54,993 bases of DNA from an uncultured Ignavibacteriaceae bacterium (GTDB lineage: Bacteria > Bacteroidota > Ignavibacteria > Ignavibacteriales > Ignavibacteriaceae): positions 1-54,993 of the forward strand of contig CAYTLQ010000324.1 in assembly GCA_964438715.1 (NCBI GenBank), in the 5' to 3' direction. The first letter of the stretch is position 1. Every line of letters starts with the position of its first letter. Under the pieces are notes generated by a model. The model had not been told where the DNA came from. It made no database searches and saw nothing but the letters and a program-made list of their open reading frames with translations. This document shows, piece after piece, positions 29,683 to 39,705 of the stretch. The position numbers and the translations under genes are program-made.

Positions 29683-30381
29683 CTATTCGACTTTTAACAA
29701 CTCGACTTCAAATACAAGTGTAGCACCGGGAGGTATTGTTCCGCCAGCACCCTGATCACCATACGCGAGGTCTGAGGGAATCCATAAAATCCACTTGTCC
29801 CCTTCTTTCATTAACTGTAAAGCCTCCGTCCAGCCTTTGATTACTCCATTAACAGGAAATGTTGCAGGTTCACCTCTCTTATATGAGTTATCAAATTCAG
29901 TTCCATCGAGGAGAGTACCTTTATAATGTGTTGTTACATTACTTGTTGCTGTTGGTGTTTTACCTTTACCGGATGTAAGCACTTTATACTGCAATCCGCT
30001 TGGGAGAGTTTTTACACCTTCTTTTTTCGCATTCTCAGTAAGAAAGGCTCTGCCTTCAGCCTTAAATTTCTCGGCCTTTTCTCCCATTTCTTCCTGTTGT
30101 TTTGCCATCATATCCTGTTGAAACTGGGTCATCACCGCTGTAATTTCTGAATCGCTTAATACTGAAGCGCTATCCGACAATAAGCCGGCAACAATACCTT
30201 CTGCAAGCAGTTTTGTATCAACATCAATGCTGTTTTTCCGAAGGTTTTTTCCAATATCTACACCGATAATGTAACTAACTTTATCTTTCTGGGTTTTTAA
30301 ATCATTTTTTTCCACTTTACTCTGACACGATACCAATCCGGCAGTAAGTCCTGCCATTATAATTAAATTAAAGATTTTCAT
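29683..30381 (-). CDS. FKBP-type peptidyl-prolyl cis-trans isomerase lipoprotein (FkpA/Mip-like)
   Basis: C-terminal FKBP domain (GTLLDGTEFDNSYKRGEPATFPVNGVIKGWTEALQLMKEGDKWILWIPSDLAYG). The lipobox is LVSC. I place the start at the ATG at 30381 (MKIFNLII...), which has a GGAG 5 nt upstream, rather than at the track start 30414. Confidence 0.85.
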   Translation of the reverse strand: MKIFNLIIMAGLTAGLVSCQSKVEKNDLKTQKDKVSYIIGVDIGKNLRKNSIDVDTKLLAEGIVAGLLSDSASVLSDSEITAVMTQFQQDMMAKQQEEMGEKAEKFKAEGRAFLTENAKKEGVKTLPSGLQYKVLTSGKGKTPTATSNVTTHYKGTLLDGTEFDNSYKRGEPATFPVNGVIKGWTEALQLMKEGDKWILWIPSDLAYGDQGAGGTIPPGATLVFEVELLKVE

Positions 30382-30465
30382 TATTTCTCCGGTTAAGGGG
30401 TATTTTAAAAGCACAATTTTAAAGATAGCAAGAATTCAGCTGGAAAAAAAATTTTGGCTCTTAGC

Positions 30466-31192
30466 GGGTGTACGACAAAATGGTCGAAATTTAACAGATA
30501 TAATCGCAAATCGAAGATCCTCTGGATTGAAAATCCTCTGGGTCGAAGATCCTCCGGATTGTTAATTCCGTTCCCTAACGGATGGGACATCCTCTGGATT
30601 ACAAATCCTCCGAATTGTTAAATCCTCTGGATAATATTATCACAACACAAACAAAATAAACATCTACGAGGGGGACTAATATTTTCTCTTCACTCCGTAA
30701 GGGGATCCGTTGGCTAATCCGTTAGCTAACGGACTAACGGACAATGCCACTATTATGTCACCCTTTCAGGGTTTTCAGGATAAAAAGGATAGCTGTTGTT
30801 ACAAAAATATCACCCTTTCAGGGTTGGGTGTATGATAAAATTTTTAAATCCTCTGGATTGTTAAATCCGTTACCTAACGGATCGAAGATCCTCTGGATCG
30901 AACATCCTCCGGATTGTTAAATCCTCCGGATAATATTATCACAACACAAACAAAATAAACACCGACGAGGTGGAATAATATTTTCTCTTCACTCCGTCAG
31001 GGGATCCGTTGGCTAATCCGTTAGCTAACGGACTAACGGACAATGCCACTATTGTGTCACCCTTTCAGGGTTTTCAGGATAAAAAGGATAGCTGTTGTTA
31101 CAAAAGTATCACCCTTTCAGGCTTGGGTGTATGATAAAATTTTTAAATCCTATGGATTGCAAATCCTCCGGATCGAAGATCCTCTAGAATGA
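30466..31192. repeat. Copy B of the modular repeat family; contains two tandem ~300-360-bp units
   Basis: The unit-start motif GGGTGTA(C/T)GA(C/T)AAAA occurs at 30466, 30826 and 31125. The stretch 30588-30902 is nearly identical to 30903-31190 (offset 315 bp). It shares modules with copies A and C. Confidence 0.9.
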
Positions 31193-31751
31193 TGAAAGTC
31201 ATATACATTTACACGAGAAAGTGTTATTATTGTTACCGGGATTTGTCAAAGATAAAATTACTGTATCTCTCCGGGAAATACGCAGGAATTGAAATCATGT
31301 ATAAGTTTTTGCGGATTACTTACATATCGCCCTGGTAACAAATATGATCGGAAATTGAAATATTTCAGATCCTTTGTTTTCATACATTATTAATTGTGAA
31401 TAACTCCAAGTACAAAATAATAAAGCATATTTGTTTTTATTATGATAATTAATAAAAAAATTTTTGAGCTGACTTAAATGCTATTTTTCCCGGTTAATAA
31501 TTATTTAGTCTCATTCAACACGCTTATGGGATTTCTCATTTTCTGACAAGTACAATATTTAAAAAATGTTCCGGAATGGAGTAATAAAAACAAGAATATT
31601 TTTTATTAATTAATAACTGCAGTTTTTGATGGCGTACTTTATGAAAGTGTTTTCTATAAAGAACTTTTTCAGGCAAATAAAAAACAGTTGTGTTTATTAG
31701 ATATTCATATACTTTTTTTACTTATGCGGAAAATGCAATTGAACTTGTATT

Positions 31752-32228
31752 ATGAACTTTAAACCAAAAACAATACAAATAACTGGAACATCAACACTGC
31801 CTTCCGAAGAGATATGTGAACTTATTCTTGATGTATCCCTTTGGAGTAGCTTTAAAGGGTGTGGTCCTCTTCCGGGAATTCGCAGTGCATTCTATGATGT
31901 TCGATTTCCTTCCATTGTACATTCCAAAATCAGTGTTCAGAATACCGATGGCTCCATGCATATAGAAGAAATTATCGAATGGGATCCACAGCGGCGAATT
32001 GTATTTTTACTAAAGGATTTTACTTCGGTACTGAAAAATTTTGCAACGCATTTTGTTGAAGTGTGGGAGTTTGAACGCAAGGCTGAAATAACTCATATTA
32101 AAAGAACAATAGCCATGTATCCTTCAGGTATATTAGGTAGTTTATTACTTATACCTATATCTGCTCTGATGAAAAAAGCTCTTGAAAAGAACATAAAGGA
32201 AATAACTGCACAGAAAACAAAGCTATAG
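31752..32228 (+). CDS. Hypothetical protein, possibly SRPBCC/START-like
   Basis: 158 aa. The beta-alpha-beta(n)-alpha pattern (ICELILDVSLWSSF ... IEEIIEWDPQRRIVF ... a long C-terminal helix) suggests an SRPBCC fold. No diagnostic motif was found. Confidence 0.4.
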   Translation: MNFKPKTIQITGTSTLPSEEICELILDVSLWSSFKGCGPLPGIRSAFYDVRFPSIVHSKISVQNTDGSMHIEEIIEWDPQRRIVFLLKDFTSVLKNFATHFVEVWEFERKAEITHIKRTIAMYPSGILGSLLLIPISALMKKALEKNIKEITAQKTKL

Positions 32229-32261
32229 AAGTTTTCCCAAAATATAAATATTTCATCTGCC

Positions 32262-33653
32262 TTAAGAACAGGCGATTTCTATTTTCTTTTTAATCGCGTG
32301 AACCGTTTCTTTGAAATTATTATCAGTCTCTATCATATTCTGCACAGAAGTACATGCATGTATTACTGTTGAATGGTCACGACCGCCAAAGTAAAGCCCA
32401 ATATTTTTTAATGAAGTTGTCGTCATTTCCTTTGACAGATACATAGCAACCTGACGCGGAATTACAACTTCCTGTTTTCTTGTTTTATCACGCACTTTGT
32501 TTTCATCAATACGAAAATGCTCGCATGTAATTCGGGTAATACTATCCACAGAAATAACGATTTTTCTTGTTGTGGAAATATCGCGAACTGTATGTTTTAC
32601 AAGATCAAGGTCAACTGGCTTATTTGCTAACGACATATTTGCAAGCAGTCGGAGCAGACAGCCTTCTAATTCACGGATGTTTGAGGTAATATGTGTAGCA
32701 ATATATTCAAGCGCTTCCTGAGAAAGGGAGAGACCGAACTCATCCGTTTTCTTATTTAATATTGCAAGTCGTGTTTCATATTCCGGTGGTTCAATTTCAA
32801 CACTAAGCCCCCAATGAAATCTGGAAATAAGTCTTTCGGTAATACCTTTAATATCTTTTGGCGGCTTATCGCTGGTTAATACGATCTGTTTACCTTTTTG
32901 ATGTAGTGAGTTAAAAATATTAAAGAAAAGATCCTGCGTTTGTGTTTTTCCGGAAAGAAACTGGATATCGTCAAGTATGATGGTATCCATACTGAGATAA
33001 AAATTCTGAAACTCGTTAATTTTGTTGGAAAGAACATGCTCAACAAATTTAACAGTAAATTGATCGGTTGAAATATAAATAACCCTGTGGTCAGGGAAGT
33101 TTTCAAGAATTTTATTTCCAATAGCCTGAGCAAGGTGAGTTTTACCTAACCCAACTCCCCCATATACATACAAAGGGTTGAAGGCTGTTTTTCCGGGAGC
33201 ATCACCAATGGCAAATGCCGCAGCCGAAGCAAGCTGATTACCACCACCTTTAACAAAATTCTGAAAGGTATATTTTTTATTTAAATTTGACTCAAAAGGT
33301 GGAGCTTCGTTTACCGGCGATTTTGAAATCAGAGGTATTTGAATAAGAGGAGGTGGCGGTTCTTTTTCTTCGTATTTTTCGTTTATGACATATTCCAATG
33401 AACCATCCTGACCAATAACCTGCTCAATACAATCTTTCATCAGTCCCGAATAGCGCTGAGCTATCCAATCGTAATGAAAACTCCCCGGTAATTCAATCCG
33501 AAGCTTATTGTTCTCCAATGAAAGGGGATTTATTGGTTCAAACCATGTGCTGAATGTCATTGGGGTAACATTTTTTTTAATTATTTCGAGGCATTTACCC
33601 CAAACCATCACAAAATTCATATCATTTGTATAATTCTCTGCTTCAATCTTCAT
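32262..33653 (-). CDS. dnaA: Chromosomal replication initiator protein DnaA
   Basis: Walker A GGVGLGKTHL, Walker B ILDDIQFL, sensor motifs LTSDKPP and RLISRFHWGL, and the C-terminal DNA-binding domain (PRQVAMYLSKEMT..SLKNIGLYFGGRDHSTVIHA). Confidence 0.95.
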   Translation of the reverse strand: MKIEAENYTNDMNFVMVWGKCLEIIKKNVTPMTFSTWFEPINPLSLENNKLRIELPGSFHYDWIAQRYSGLMKDCIEQVIGQDGSLEYVINEKYEEKEPPPPLIQIPLISKSPVNEAPPFESNLNKKYTFQNFVKGGGNQLASAAAFAIGDAPGKTAFNPLYVYGGVGLGKTHLAQAIGNKILENFPDHRVIYISTDQFTVKFVEHVLSNKINEFQNFYLSMDTIILDDIQFLSGKTQTQDLFFNIFNSLHQKGKQIVLTSDKPPKDIKGITERLISRFHWGLSVEIEPPEYETRLAILNKKTDEFGLSLSQEALEYIATHITSNIRELEGCLLRLLANMSLANKPVDLDLVKHTVRDISTTRKIVISVDSITRITCEHFRIDENKVRDKTRKQEVVIPRQVAMYLSKEMTTTSLKNIGLYFGGRDHSTVIHACTSVQNMIETDNNFKETVHAIKKKIEIACS

Positions 33654-33659
33654 CAGCAG

Positions 33660-33906
33660 TTATCCACACTTGAAAATTCCGGAACTTCTTAAATTTCAAC
33701 TACTTAACAATTTATTAATATTACTCTAAAAAACTATCCACAAGTTATCCACAAATCGCGAGGGGCTCTTAACTTATTTAATTACAACATTTTACGGAAA
33801 ATTTTATAAAGTAATTTCACTTTGATAATTGATAAAAATGTTTATTTTGTCAAAGTCAAGCCGTGAAACATTTCCACAAACAAAAGTTATCCACACTTTA
33901 TCAACA
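33660..33906 (+). other. oriC candidate: DnaA-box cluster with an AT-rich stretch
   Basis: Perfect TTATCCACA at 33660-33668, 33745-33753 and 33887-33895. One-mismatch boxes are CTATCCACA (33734-33742) and TTATCAACA (33898-33906); a two-mismatch box is ATTTCCACA (33870-33878). All have the same orientation. A very AT-rich segment (about 33770-33850) lies between them, immediately upstream of dnaA. Confidence 0.8.
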
Positions 33907-34116
33907 ATTCTGTATAAGTCAAATCCTACTCAAAATTAATCAGCACTGGTATTTATAGCAAACTTTTTTTGCACTCTTCCAAAGAATTAATAATAGCGTT
34001 GACTTAATCATTTGTTCAAAAGAAAAAAATGTTAAATCTGCTTTAGAAGTTCGCATTTTATTGAAATTACGATTAGTTTTGGTGTCGTTTATTTTAATAA
34101 AAACTGAGGTGTTTGA

Positions 34117-35946
34117 TTGAAATCATTTCGTGAGAGGCTTGGTAATGAAGTTTTAGTGTTCGACGGTGGTACGGGTACTTATTTGTACGAAAAGGGAATT
34201 TATATAAACAGGTGTTTTGAAGAACTAAACCTCACAAATCCTGAACTTGTAACCGAGGTACACAGAGACTATATAAATGCGGGGGCGGATGTTATTGAAA
34301 CTAACACCTACGGAGCGAATCGATTTAAATTACAGCCTCACGGACTTGATGGAAAGATTTACGAAATTAATTTGAAAGGCGCACAATTAGCAAAAGCCAT
34401 TGCAAAAGATCAGGCGCTTGTAGCAGGTGCAGTTGGTCCTCTTGGTGTTCAGATTGAACCGTTAGGTAAAATTTCGTTTGATGAAGCACGGGATTACTTT
34501 AAGGAACAGATCAAGGGCCTTATTGACGGCGGTGTTGACCTTGTAATACTTGAAACTTTTGCTCTTGTGAAGGAAATGATTCAGGCAATACGCGCAACTC
34601 ACGAGCTTAACCCTGATATGCCAATTATTGCGCAGGTCACTATTAACGATCAGGGTACCTTACTAAGCGGGGCGCCGCTTTCCAGGATATTCGAAAAGTT
34701 GAAAGACTATAATGTTGATGCAGTGGGGCTAAATTGCTCTGTCGGTCCAAAACTTATGCTCGATGCACTCGAAGAGCTCCGTACGCTTACCGATTTACCG
34801 ATCTCTGTACAGCCAAATGCCGGACTTCCGCAGAATATTGGCGGAAGAAACATTTATCTTACATCTCCTGAGTATATGGCTGAATATGCAAAGCGGTTTA
34901 TTCAGACAGGTGCATCAATTGTTGGTGGCTGTTGCGGAACGAATCCCACACACATTAAAGCAATTCGACGCGCTGTAAAAGCATTACAGCCGGTTAAGCG
35001 TATTGAACCCGGAGAAATAAAAACTATCGTCGAAACCCCGCCCGAAGTTACTCCCTATGCCCGTAATGAAAAGTCGAGGCTCTCAAACAAATTATTAAAC
35101 AAAGAATTTGTTACGCTTGTTGAGCTTGTTTCTCCAAAGGGAGTTTCGCCGCAAAAAGAAATTGAGAAAGCTCGTCGCCTGCATTATTTTGGGATTGATG
35201 CAATCAATATTCCCGATGGACCCCGGGCATCTGCAAGAATGTCGGCTCTTGCATTAGCGGTTCTTATTCAGAAAGAAGTTGGCATTGAAACTGTTCTTCA
35301 TTTTGCCTGCAGAGATAGAAATGTTATTGGACTGCAAAGCGACTTGCTGGGTGCCTGGGCATTAGGTTTGCGCAACATTCTCGCAATTACCGGCGATCCT
35401 CCAAAATTAGGTAATTATCCCGATGCTACTGCTGTTTTCGATGTTGATGCGATCGGTCTGACAAATCTCATAACCCGGCTAAATAACGGACTTGATCTTG
35501 CAGGTAACCCAATTGGCGCTCCGACAGGGTTCTGCTATGGCGTGGGTGTTAATCCCGGCGCAATTAATCTTGATGAGGAATTAGCCCGGCTTGATTGGAA
35601 AATTGATGCCGGCGCTGAGTTCATGATAACTCAACCGGTTTTTGATATACGGATATTGGAGAAGTTTTTACGAAGAATTGAGCATATAAAAATTCCTCTT
35701 ATTTGCGGTATCTGGCCCTTAATTTCCTATCGTAATGCCGAGTTTATGAATAACGAAGTACCCGGAGCTTCAGTGCCGCCGGAAATAATGGAACGAATGA
35801 AAAATGCAAAAACAAAAGAAGAAGCTTTTGAAGAGGGTATGAAAATTGCTCACGAAACTTTCGTCTATATTAAACCACATGTCTCCGGTGTTCAGTTGGC
35901 GGCGCCACTCGGCAGAATTGAGGCAATTTTTTCTATTCTCGGTTAA
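34117..35946 (+). CDS. Bifunctional homocysteine S-methyltransferase / 5,10-methylenetetrahydrofolate reductase (YitJ-like)
   Basis: The N-terminal Hcy-binding domain (VFDGGTGT, ETNTYGAN, LNCSVGP, GGCCGT) is fused to a C-terminal MTHFR domain (DAINIPDG, LHFACRDRN, ITGDPP, MITQPVFD). It starts at a TTG at 34117. Confidence 0.85.
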   Translation: MKSFRERLGNEVLVFDGGTGTYLYEKGIYINRCFEELNLTNPELVTEVHRDYINAGADVIETNTYGANRFKLQPHGLDGKIYEINLKGAQLAKAIAKDQALVAGAVGPLGVQIEPLGKISFDEARDYFKEQIKGLIDGGVDLVILETFALVKEMIQAIRATHELNPDMPIIAQVTINDQGTLLSGAPLSRIFEKLKDYNVDAVGLNCSVGPKLMLDALEELRTLTDLPISVQPNAGLPQNIGGRNIYLTSPEYMAEYAKRFIQTGASIVGGCCGTNPTHIKAIRRAVKALQPVKRIEPGEIKTIVETPPEVTPYARNEKSRLSNKLLNKEFVTLVELVSPKGVSPQKEIEKARRLHYFGIDAINIPDGPRASARMSALALAVLIQKEVGIETVLHFACRDRNVIGLQSDLLGAWALGLRNILAITGDPPKLGNYPDATAVFDVDAIGLTNLITRLNNGLDLAGNPIGAPTGFCYGVGVNPGAINLDEELARLDWKIDAGAEFMITQPVFDIRILEKFLRRIEHIKIPLICGIWPLISYRNAEFMNNEVPGASVPPEIMERMKNAKTKEEAFEEGMKIAHETFVYIKPHVSGVQLAAPLGRIEAIFSILG

Positions 35947-36113
35947 GTAAATTCTATAAAGACTCAGCCTATCGACTCTTGCAGATTGTCTGCTTCGATA
36001 TAAATTTCGTACACAAAATACTGTTGAATTAATTAGATTTAATGATTACTGACAATATTTCGTCACAATAATGCAAGAGGTAGAAGCGTACAGAATCCAT
36101 CAGGGTAAGCGAA

Positions 36114-36581
36114 ATGAGTGATGTAATTAAACAGAAATTACTGGTGGCATACCGACATCTGCTCGATTTCAATGATACGCCGGAAAAATTTGCTCTTGCA
36201 ATTGCATCCGGACTTGTGGTTGGAATAGCTGTACCTGAAGGTTTTCAAACAGTAACTTCTGTACCATTGGCAATTTTTCTCCGGTGTAATATTATACTTT
36301 GTAATCTTGCCACATTTATTACAAACCCATTTACAGTTTTGCCACTCTACTTTGTTTCCTATCAAATTGGGAAATATGTCACAGGTCAGGCGCTTGAGTG
36401 GAATCAGTTGATAACTTTTTTTAACGGTCCCTCTTTATCTTCGGCTTATAACCTTCTTGTAAGTGGCTTTTATTCCTTTTTTATTGGTTCTGTTATTCAC
36501 GCTTTGTTATGGGGTATCAGCGGTTATATTATCTCTTATTATTTAATACTATTTATAAGAAAAAGAAAATTATCAAAGTAA
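36114..36581 (+). CDS. DUF2062-like small membrane protein
   Basis: 155 aa with the pattern TPEKFALAIASGLVVGIAVPEGFQT... and three to four TM segments. Confidence 0.5.
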   Translation: MSDVIKQKLLVAYRHLLDFNDTPEKFALAIASGLVVGIAVPEGFQTVTSVPLAIFLRCNIILCNLATFITNPFTVLPLYFVSYQIGKYVTGQALEWNQLITFFNGPSLSSAYNLLVSGFYSFFIGSVIHALLWGISGYIISYYLILFIRKRKLSK

Positions 36582-36631
36582 ACTAGTTTATAACTATTAA
36601 ATTTTTTGTAGTTGAGCATGCGTTATAAAAA

Positions 36632-37564
36632 ATGATGAATATTCTGGAAATTAATAATGTAAAAAAACATTTCAAGGAAGTTCGTGCCGTTGATGGTATT
36701 TCATTTTCGGTAGCAAAAGGTGAGTTTCTTGCAGTTCTTGGGCCAAACGGAGCGGGTAAAACTACTCTTCTTGAAATGATTGAAGGCATACAGAATCCCG
36801 ATTCGGGAAATATTACTATAAGCGGCCTCTCATGGAACAATAATGAAAAGCTGTTACGAAAAATTCTTGGTATCTGCCTGCAGGAGACTGATTTTATTGA
36901 GCGACTGAATGTAGAGGAAACTCTTGAATTGTTTGCTTCCTTTTATGACTTACCCAAAGAGCGCGCCCTTGAATCGATGGAGCTTGTTAACCTTGCGGAA
37001 AAAAGAAAAGCGCTTACAAAAAATCTGTCCGGAGGTCAAAAACAGCGTCTTGCGCTCGGTGTGGCATTAATAAATAAACCGGAACTACTGCTTCTTGATG
37101 AACCGACCACAGGACTTGATCCCGCAGCGCGCAGGGAAATATGGGAAATTCTTCGTCGGCTTAAAGAAGAGATAAACATGACTCTGATTCTCACAACACA
37201 CTATATGGAAGAAGCTGAATATTTATGCGAGCGAATTATTATCCTCGACAAAGGGAAAATACTAGCCTCCGGCACTCTTGATGAGCTTCTTGCAAAATAT
37301 AAAAAATATGAAATTATTGAATTCAGTATTTCTGCTTCCGATGAAGAGCGCTTTACTCTTCCCCGTAATAATGTTACTATTGAATTGACTGAATCAACTC
37401 GTCCCGGTAATATTGTCATCCGCGTGGATGATATTGTTGGGTATCTTCCTTTTTTTCTTGAACAAATTTCTCATCAAAATATCGAACTGACCTCACTTGA
37501 ATGCCGGAAAATGACGCTTGACGACCTGTTCATTTCGTTAACCGGGAGAAGTCTTCATGCGTAA
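36632..37564 (+). CDS. ABC transporter ATP-binding protein (ABC-2/DrrA-like exporter)
   Basis: Walker A GPNGAGKTT, signature LSGGQKQRL, Walker B LLLLDEPTTGLD and an H-loop TTHYMEE. Confidence 0.9.
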   Translation: MMNILEINNVKKHFKEVRAVDGISFSVAKGEFLAVLGPNGAGKTTLLEMIEGIQNPDSGNITISGLSWNNNEKLLRKILGICLQETDFIERLNVEETLELFASFYDLPKERALESMELVNLAEKRKALTKNLSGGQKQRLALGVALINKPELLLLDEPTTGLDPAARREIWEILRRLKEEINMTLILTTHYMEEAEYLCERIIILDKGKILASGTLDELLAKYKKYEIIEFSISASDEERFTLPRNNVTIELTESTRPGNIVIRVDDIVGYLPFFLEQISHQNIELTSLECRKMTLDDLFISLTGRSLHA

Positions 37565-38639
37565 TATCCTGAGACAAATTTTTCTTTTAACCGCGATACA
37601 ATTCAAAGAATTTGTGCGGGAACCTGCTATATTATTTTGGACTCTTGGTTTCCCCGTTTTAATGGCATGGGGATTAGGAATTGCATTTACGAAGCAAAGT
37701 GAAGCGATACATCACGCCGGATATATTTCGGATAAGCCTCTCAATGCTTCTCCTTTCAGTAATTTTCCCAATGCTATTATAAACGGTAACACTCTACGAT
37801 TTACTATTGGCGATTCGTTGAAAGGTGCTGATATTTTCACCATTCACAAAGTCACCGAAAAAGAATCTCTGCGAAAGCTTAAACGAGGTGAGATTTCACT
37901 AATTATTAAAGACTATAACAATACTCTTTACTACCATTTCGACCCCAAAAATCCGGAAGCCAAACTGACACACTTACTTCTTTCTACTGTCTCAGATTTA
38001 ATAATTAATAAACGCAATATTGTTCCGTTGAAGCAGACCGGACTTCGTTACATTGATTTTCTTTTACCGGGTTTAATTACTCTTAATATTATGTCATCTG
38101 CAATGTGGGGAATAGGCTATTATCTTGTTGAGAGGCGTTCAAAAAAGCTGAATCGGAGAATGGCGGCAACTCCTATGAATCGTTTTGGTTACCTAAGTTC
38201 TTTTATTATTTCCCGCATCTTATTAAGCTCGGTTGAAACTTTTGTAATTTGGGCTTTTTCATATTTCGTTTTTGATGTAAGCTTTACCGGTAGTTTCTTT
38301 GCATTGGTTCTTTTGCTAATTGCCGGAAACATCTGTTTTTCCGGTATCGCTTTAGTAACTACAGCCCGCGTTGCAAATGTACAGATTGGTAACGGAGTAA
38401 TTAATGCCGTAACTTTACCTATGATGGTATGTTCAGGTATATTTTTCAGTTATCATAATTTTCCTGACTGGGCCATAAGTATTATTAAGCTATTTCCCCT
38501 GACAATGTTGACTGATGGCACAAGGAGCCTCTTTATTGAATCTGCCGGAATTAGCGATGTTTTTTTCTCTATATTTTATCTTTTTATCGGTGGGGTATTG
38601 TGTCTCCTCGCCGGAGTAAAACTTTTCCGATGGTATTAA
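37557..38639 (+). CDS. ABC-2 type transporter permease
   Basis: Overlaps the ATPase gene by 8 nt. It has an N-terminal TM, a large loop and then five C-terminal TM segments, the ABC-2 permease topology. Confidence 0.75.
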   Translation: MRNILRQIFLLTAIQFKEFVREPAILFWTLGFPVLMAWGLGIAFTKQSEAIHHAGYISDKPLNASPFSNFPNAIINGNTLRFTIGDSLKGADIFTIHKVTEKESLRKLKRGEISLIIKDYNNTLYYHFDPKNPEAKLTHLLLSTVSDLIINKRNIVPLKQTGLRYIDFLLPGLITLNIMSSAMWGIGYYLVERRSKKLNRRMAATPMNRFGYLSSFIISRILLSSVETFVIWAFSYFVFDVSFTGSFFALVLLLIAGNICFSGIALVTTARVANVQIGNGVINAVTLPMMVCSGIFFSYHNFPDWAISIIKLFPLTMLTDGTRSLFIESAGISDVFFSIFYLFIGGVLCLLAGVKLFRWY

Positions 38640-38730
38640 AAGGATACCCTTTTAATCAGAGTATCTGCCTGAAACATAACCTTATCAATTTCTGCCTCAG
38701 CTTTTCCTTTTATCAAAGGTTTTTTTATTT

Positions 38731-39705
38731 CTACTCTATGCTGATACGATTTATTCGCTGATGTAACAACTCTTTATATTCGGCTTTCTTTATCGGGGAA
38801 AGAAAACTTTTTTCTATACATTCAATCAGAAATTTTTCTTTCTCAAGAAACTTCTTGTGAATATTGCGAACACTTTTACTATTAATTTCAAGGGATTCTG
38901 CAAAAGCCGCAAAATCACTTTTCTTTAGGTTGCTCTTTTTTCCATTTAACGGCAAAGCCAATTCTTCATTATCCTGAGGAATTAACAGTTTGGTTGAAAG
39001 CAGATCGTACGCCGGGGCTAATATCACTTCATTCTCATTCGTAGTCAATAATGAGAAATTCTTTAAATGCATATCTGCATTACCGGTAATGAATGAGAAT
39101 AATGTCAATTCATAAAAATTTATGAGATCAAACAGAGGATAGCTTGAGTATTGTTTGACTACCTTACCGATTTTTTCCATTGATCCGCGATATTTATTTT
39201 CAGTTAATGTTCCGGTCAGTTGTGCCATATCTTCACAAGCTAACTTTCCTGTCCCTATCCTGTCAAATCGTTTTGTGATATAAGAAATTTCACCCGACTT
39301 TAATCGTATAAGCGAGTGTTCAGCAGTTTTTATTTTTACTATTCGGGCAAGATGCATCGTCAGGTCTTCAATTTCAGGCATCTCGGGATATTCCTCCACA
39401 GGCGGTTTTAGTATAAAATTACCAAGCACCCCAATAATCGATAGTCTTTTTTTCTTTGTTTGAGCATATTGACTCTCAATTGATATTTTCGGCTGAACTC
39501 CGGTTACTGATACACTTTTTTCCAAACTAAGAATGGCAAATCTCTGAATTTCTTCTAAAGTTAAAGGGATTTTCGGGGGACTTTCTTTTCCGAAAAATTT
39601 TTTACTGCATTTGGGATGAAAATCTACTATTTCCCCCTCCAAAGGATTATAGCAGTATAGGCATTTGTTTTCATTGTTATTCATTGTTTTTTTCTTCGGA
39701 GTCAC
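38731..39705 (-). CDS. HipT-like Ser/Thr kinase toxin (HipA C-terminal kinase core) with N-terminal zinc ribbon
   Basis: Kinase catalytic motif GNADMHLKNFSL and LAPAYDLLST. N-terminal CLYCYNPL...HPKCSKKFFG. The track start is a GTG at 39705; an ATG at 39684 is an alternative giving an 8-nt overlap. Confidence 0.8.
   Translation of the reverse strand: MTPKKKTMNNNENKCLYCYNPLEGEIVDFHPKCSKKFFGKESPPKIPLTLEEIQRFAILSLEKSVSVTGVQPKISIESQYAQTKKKRLSIIGVLGNFILKPPVEEYPEMPEIEDLTMHLARIVKIKTAEHSLIRLKSGEISYITKRFDRIGTGKLACEDMAQLTGTLTENKYRGSMEKIGKVVKQYSSYPLFDLINFYELTLFSFITGNADMHLKNFSLLTTNENEVILAPAYDLLSTKLLIPQDNEELALPLNGKKSNLKKSDFAAFAESLEINSKSVRNIHKKFLEKEKFLIECIEKSFLSPIKKAEYKELLHQRINRISIE

Noticed and set aside
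30382-30414. N-terminal extension of the FKBP gene (track start 30414)
   Set aside because: The ATG at 30381 is preceded by a GGAG and directly starts a signal peptide with lipobox (MKIFNLIIMAGLTAGLVSC). The extension adds non-signal residues.
30466-31192. Possible CRISPR array, suggested by the repeated short palindromic units
   Set aside because: There is no constant-length direct repeat alternating with unique spacers. The whole ~300-bp units are duplicated, the supposed spacers recur at the other loci, and no cas genes are in the window.
33907-34116. SAM (S-box) riboswitch upstream of the YitJ-like methionine-pathway gene
   Set aside because: The region is AT-rich. It lacks the conserved S-box elements (the GGGA/GGC kink-turn region, the GCAACC core) and any GC-rich helices.
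36583-36840. 85-aa minus-strand ORF overlapping the start of the ABC ATPase gene
   Set aside because: It is antisense to the Walker A-encoding part of a clear ABC ATPase gene and has no motifs, so it is a shadow ORF.
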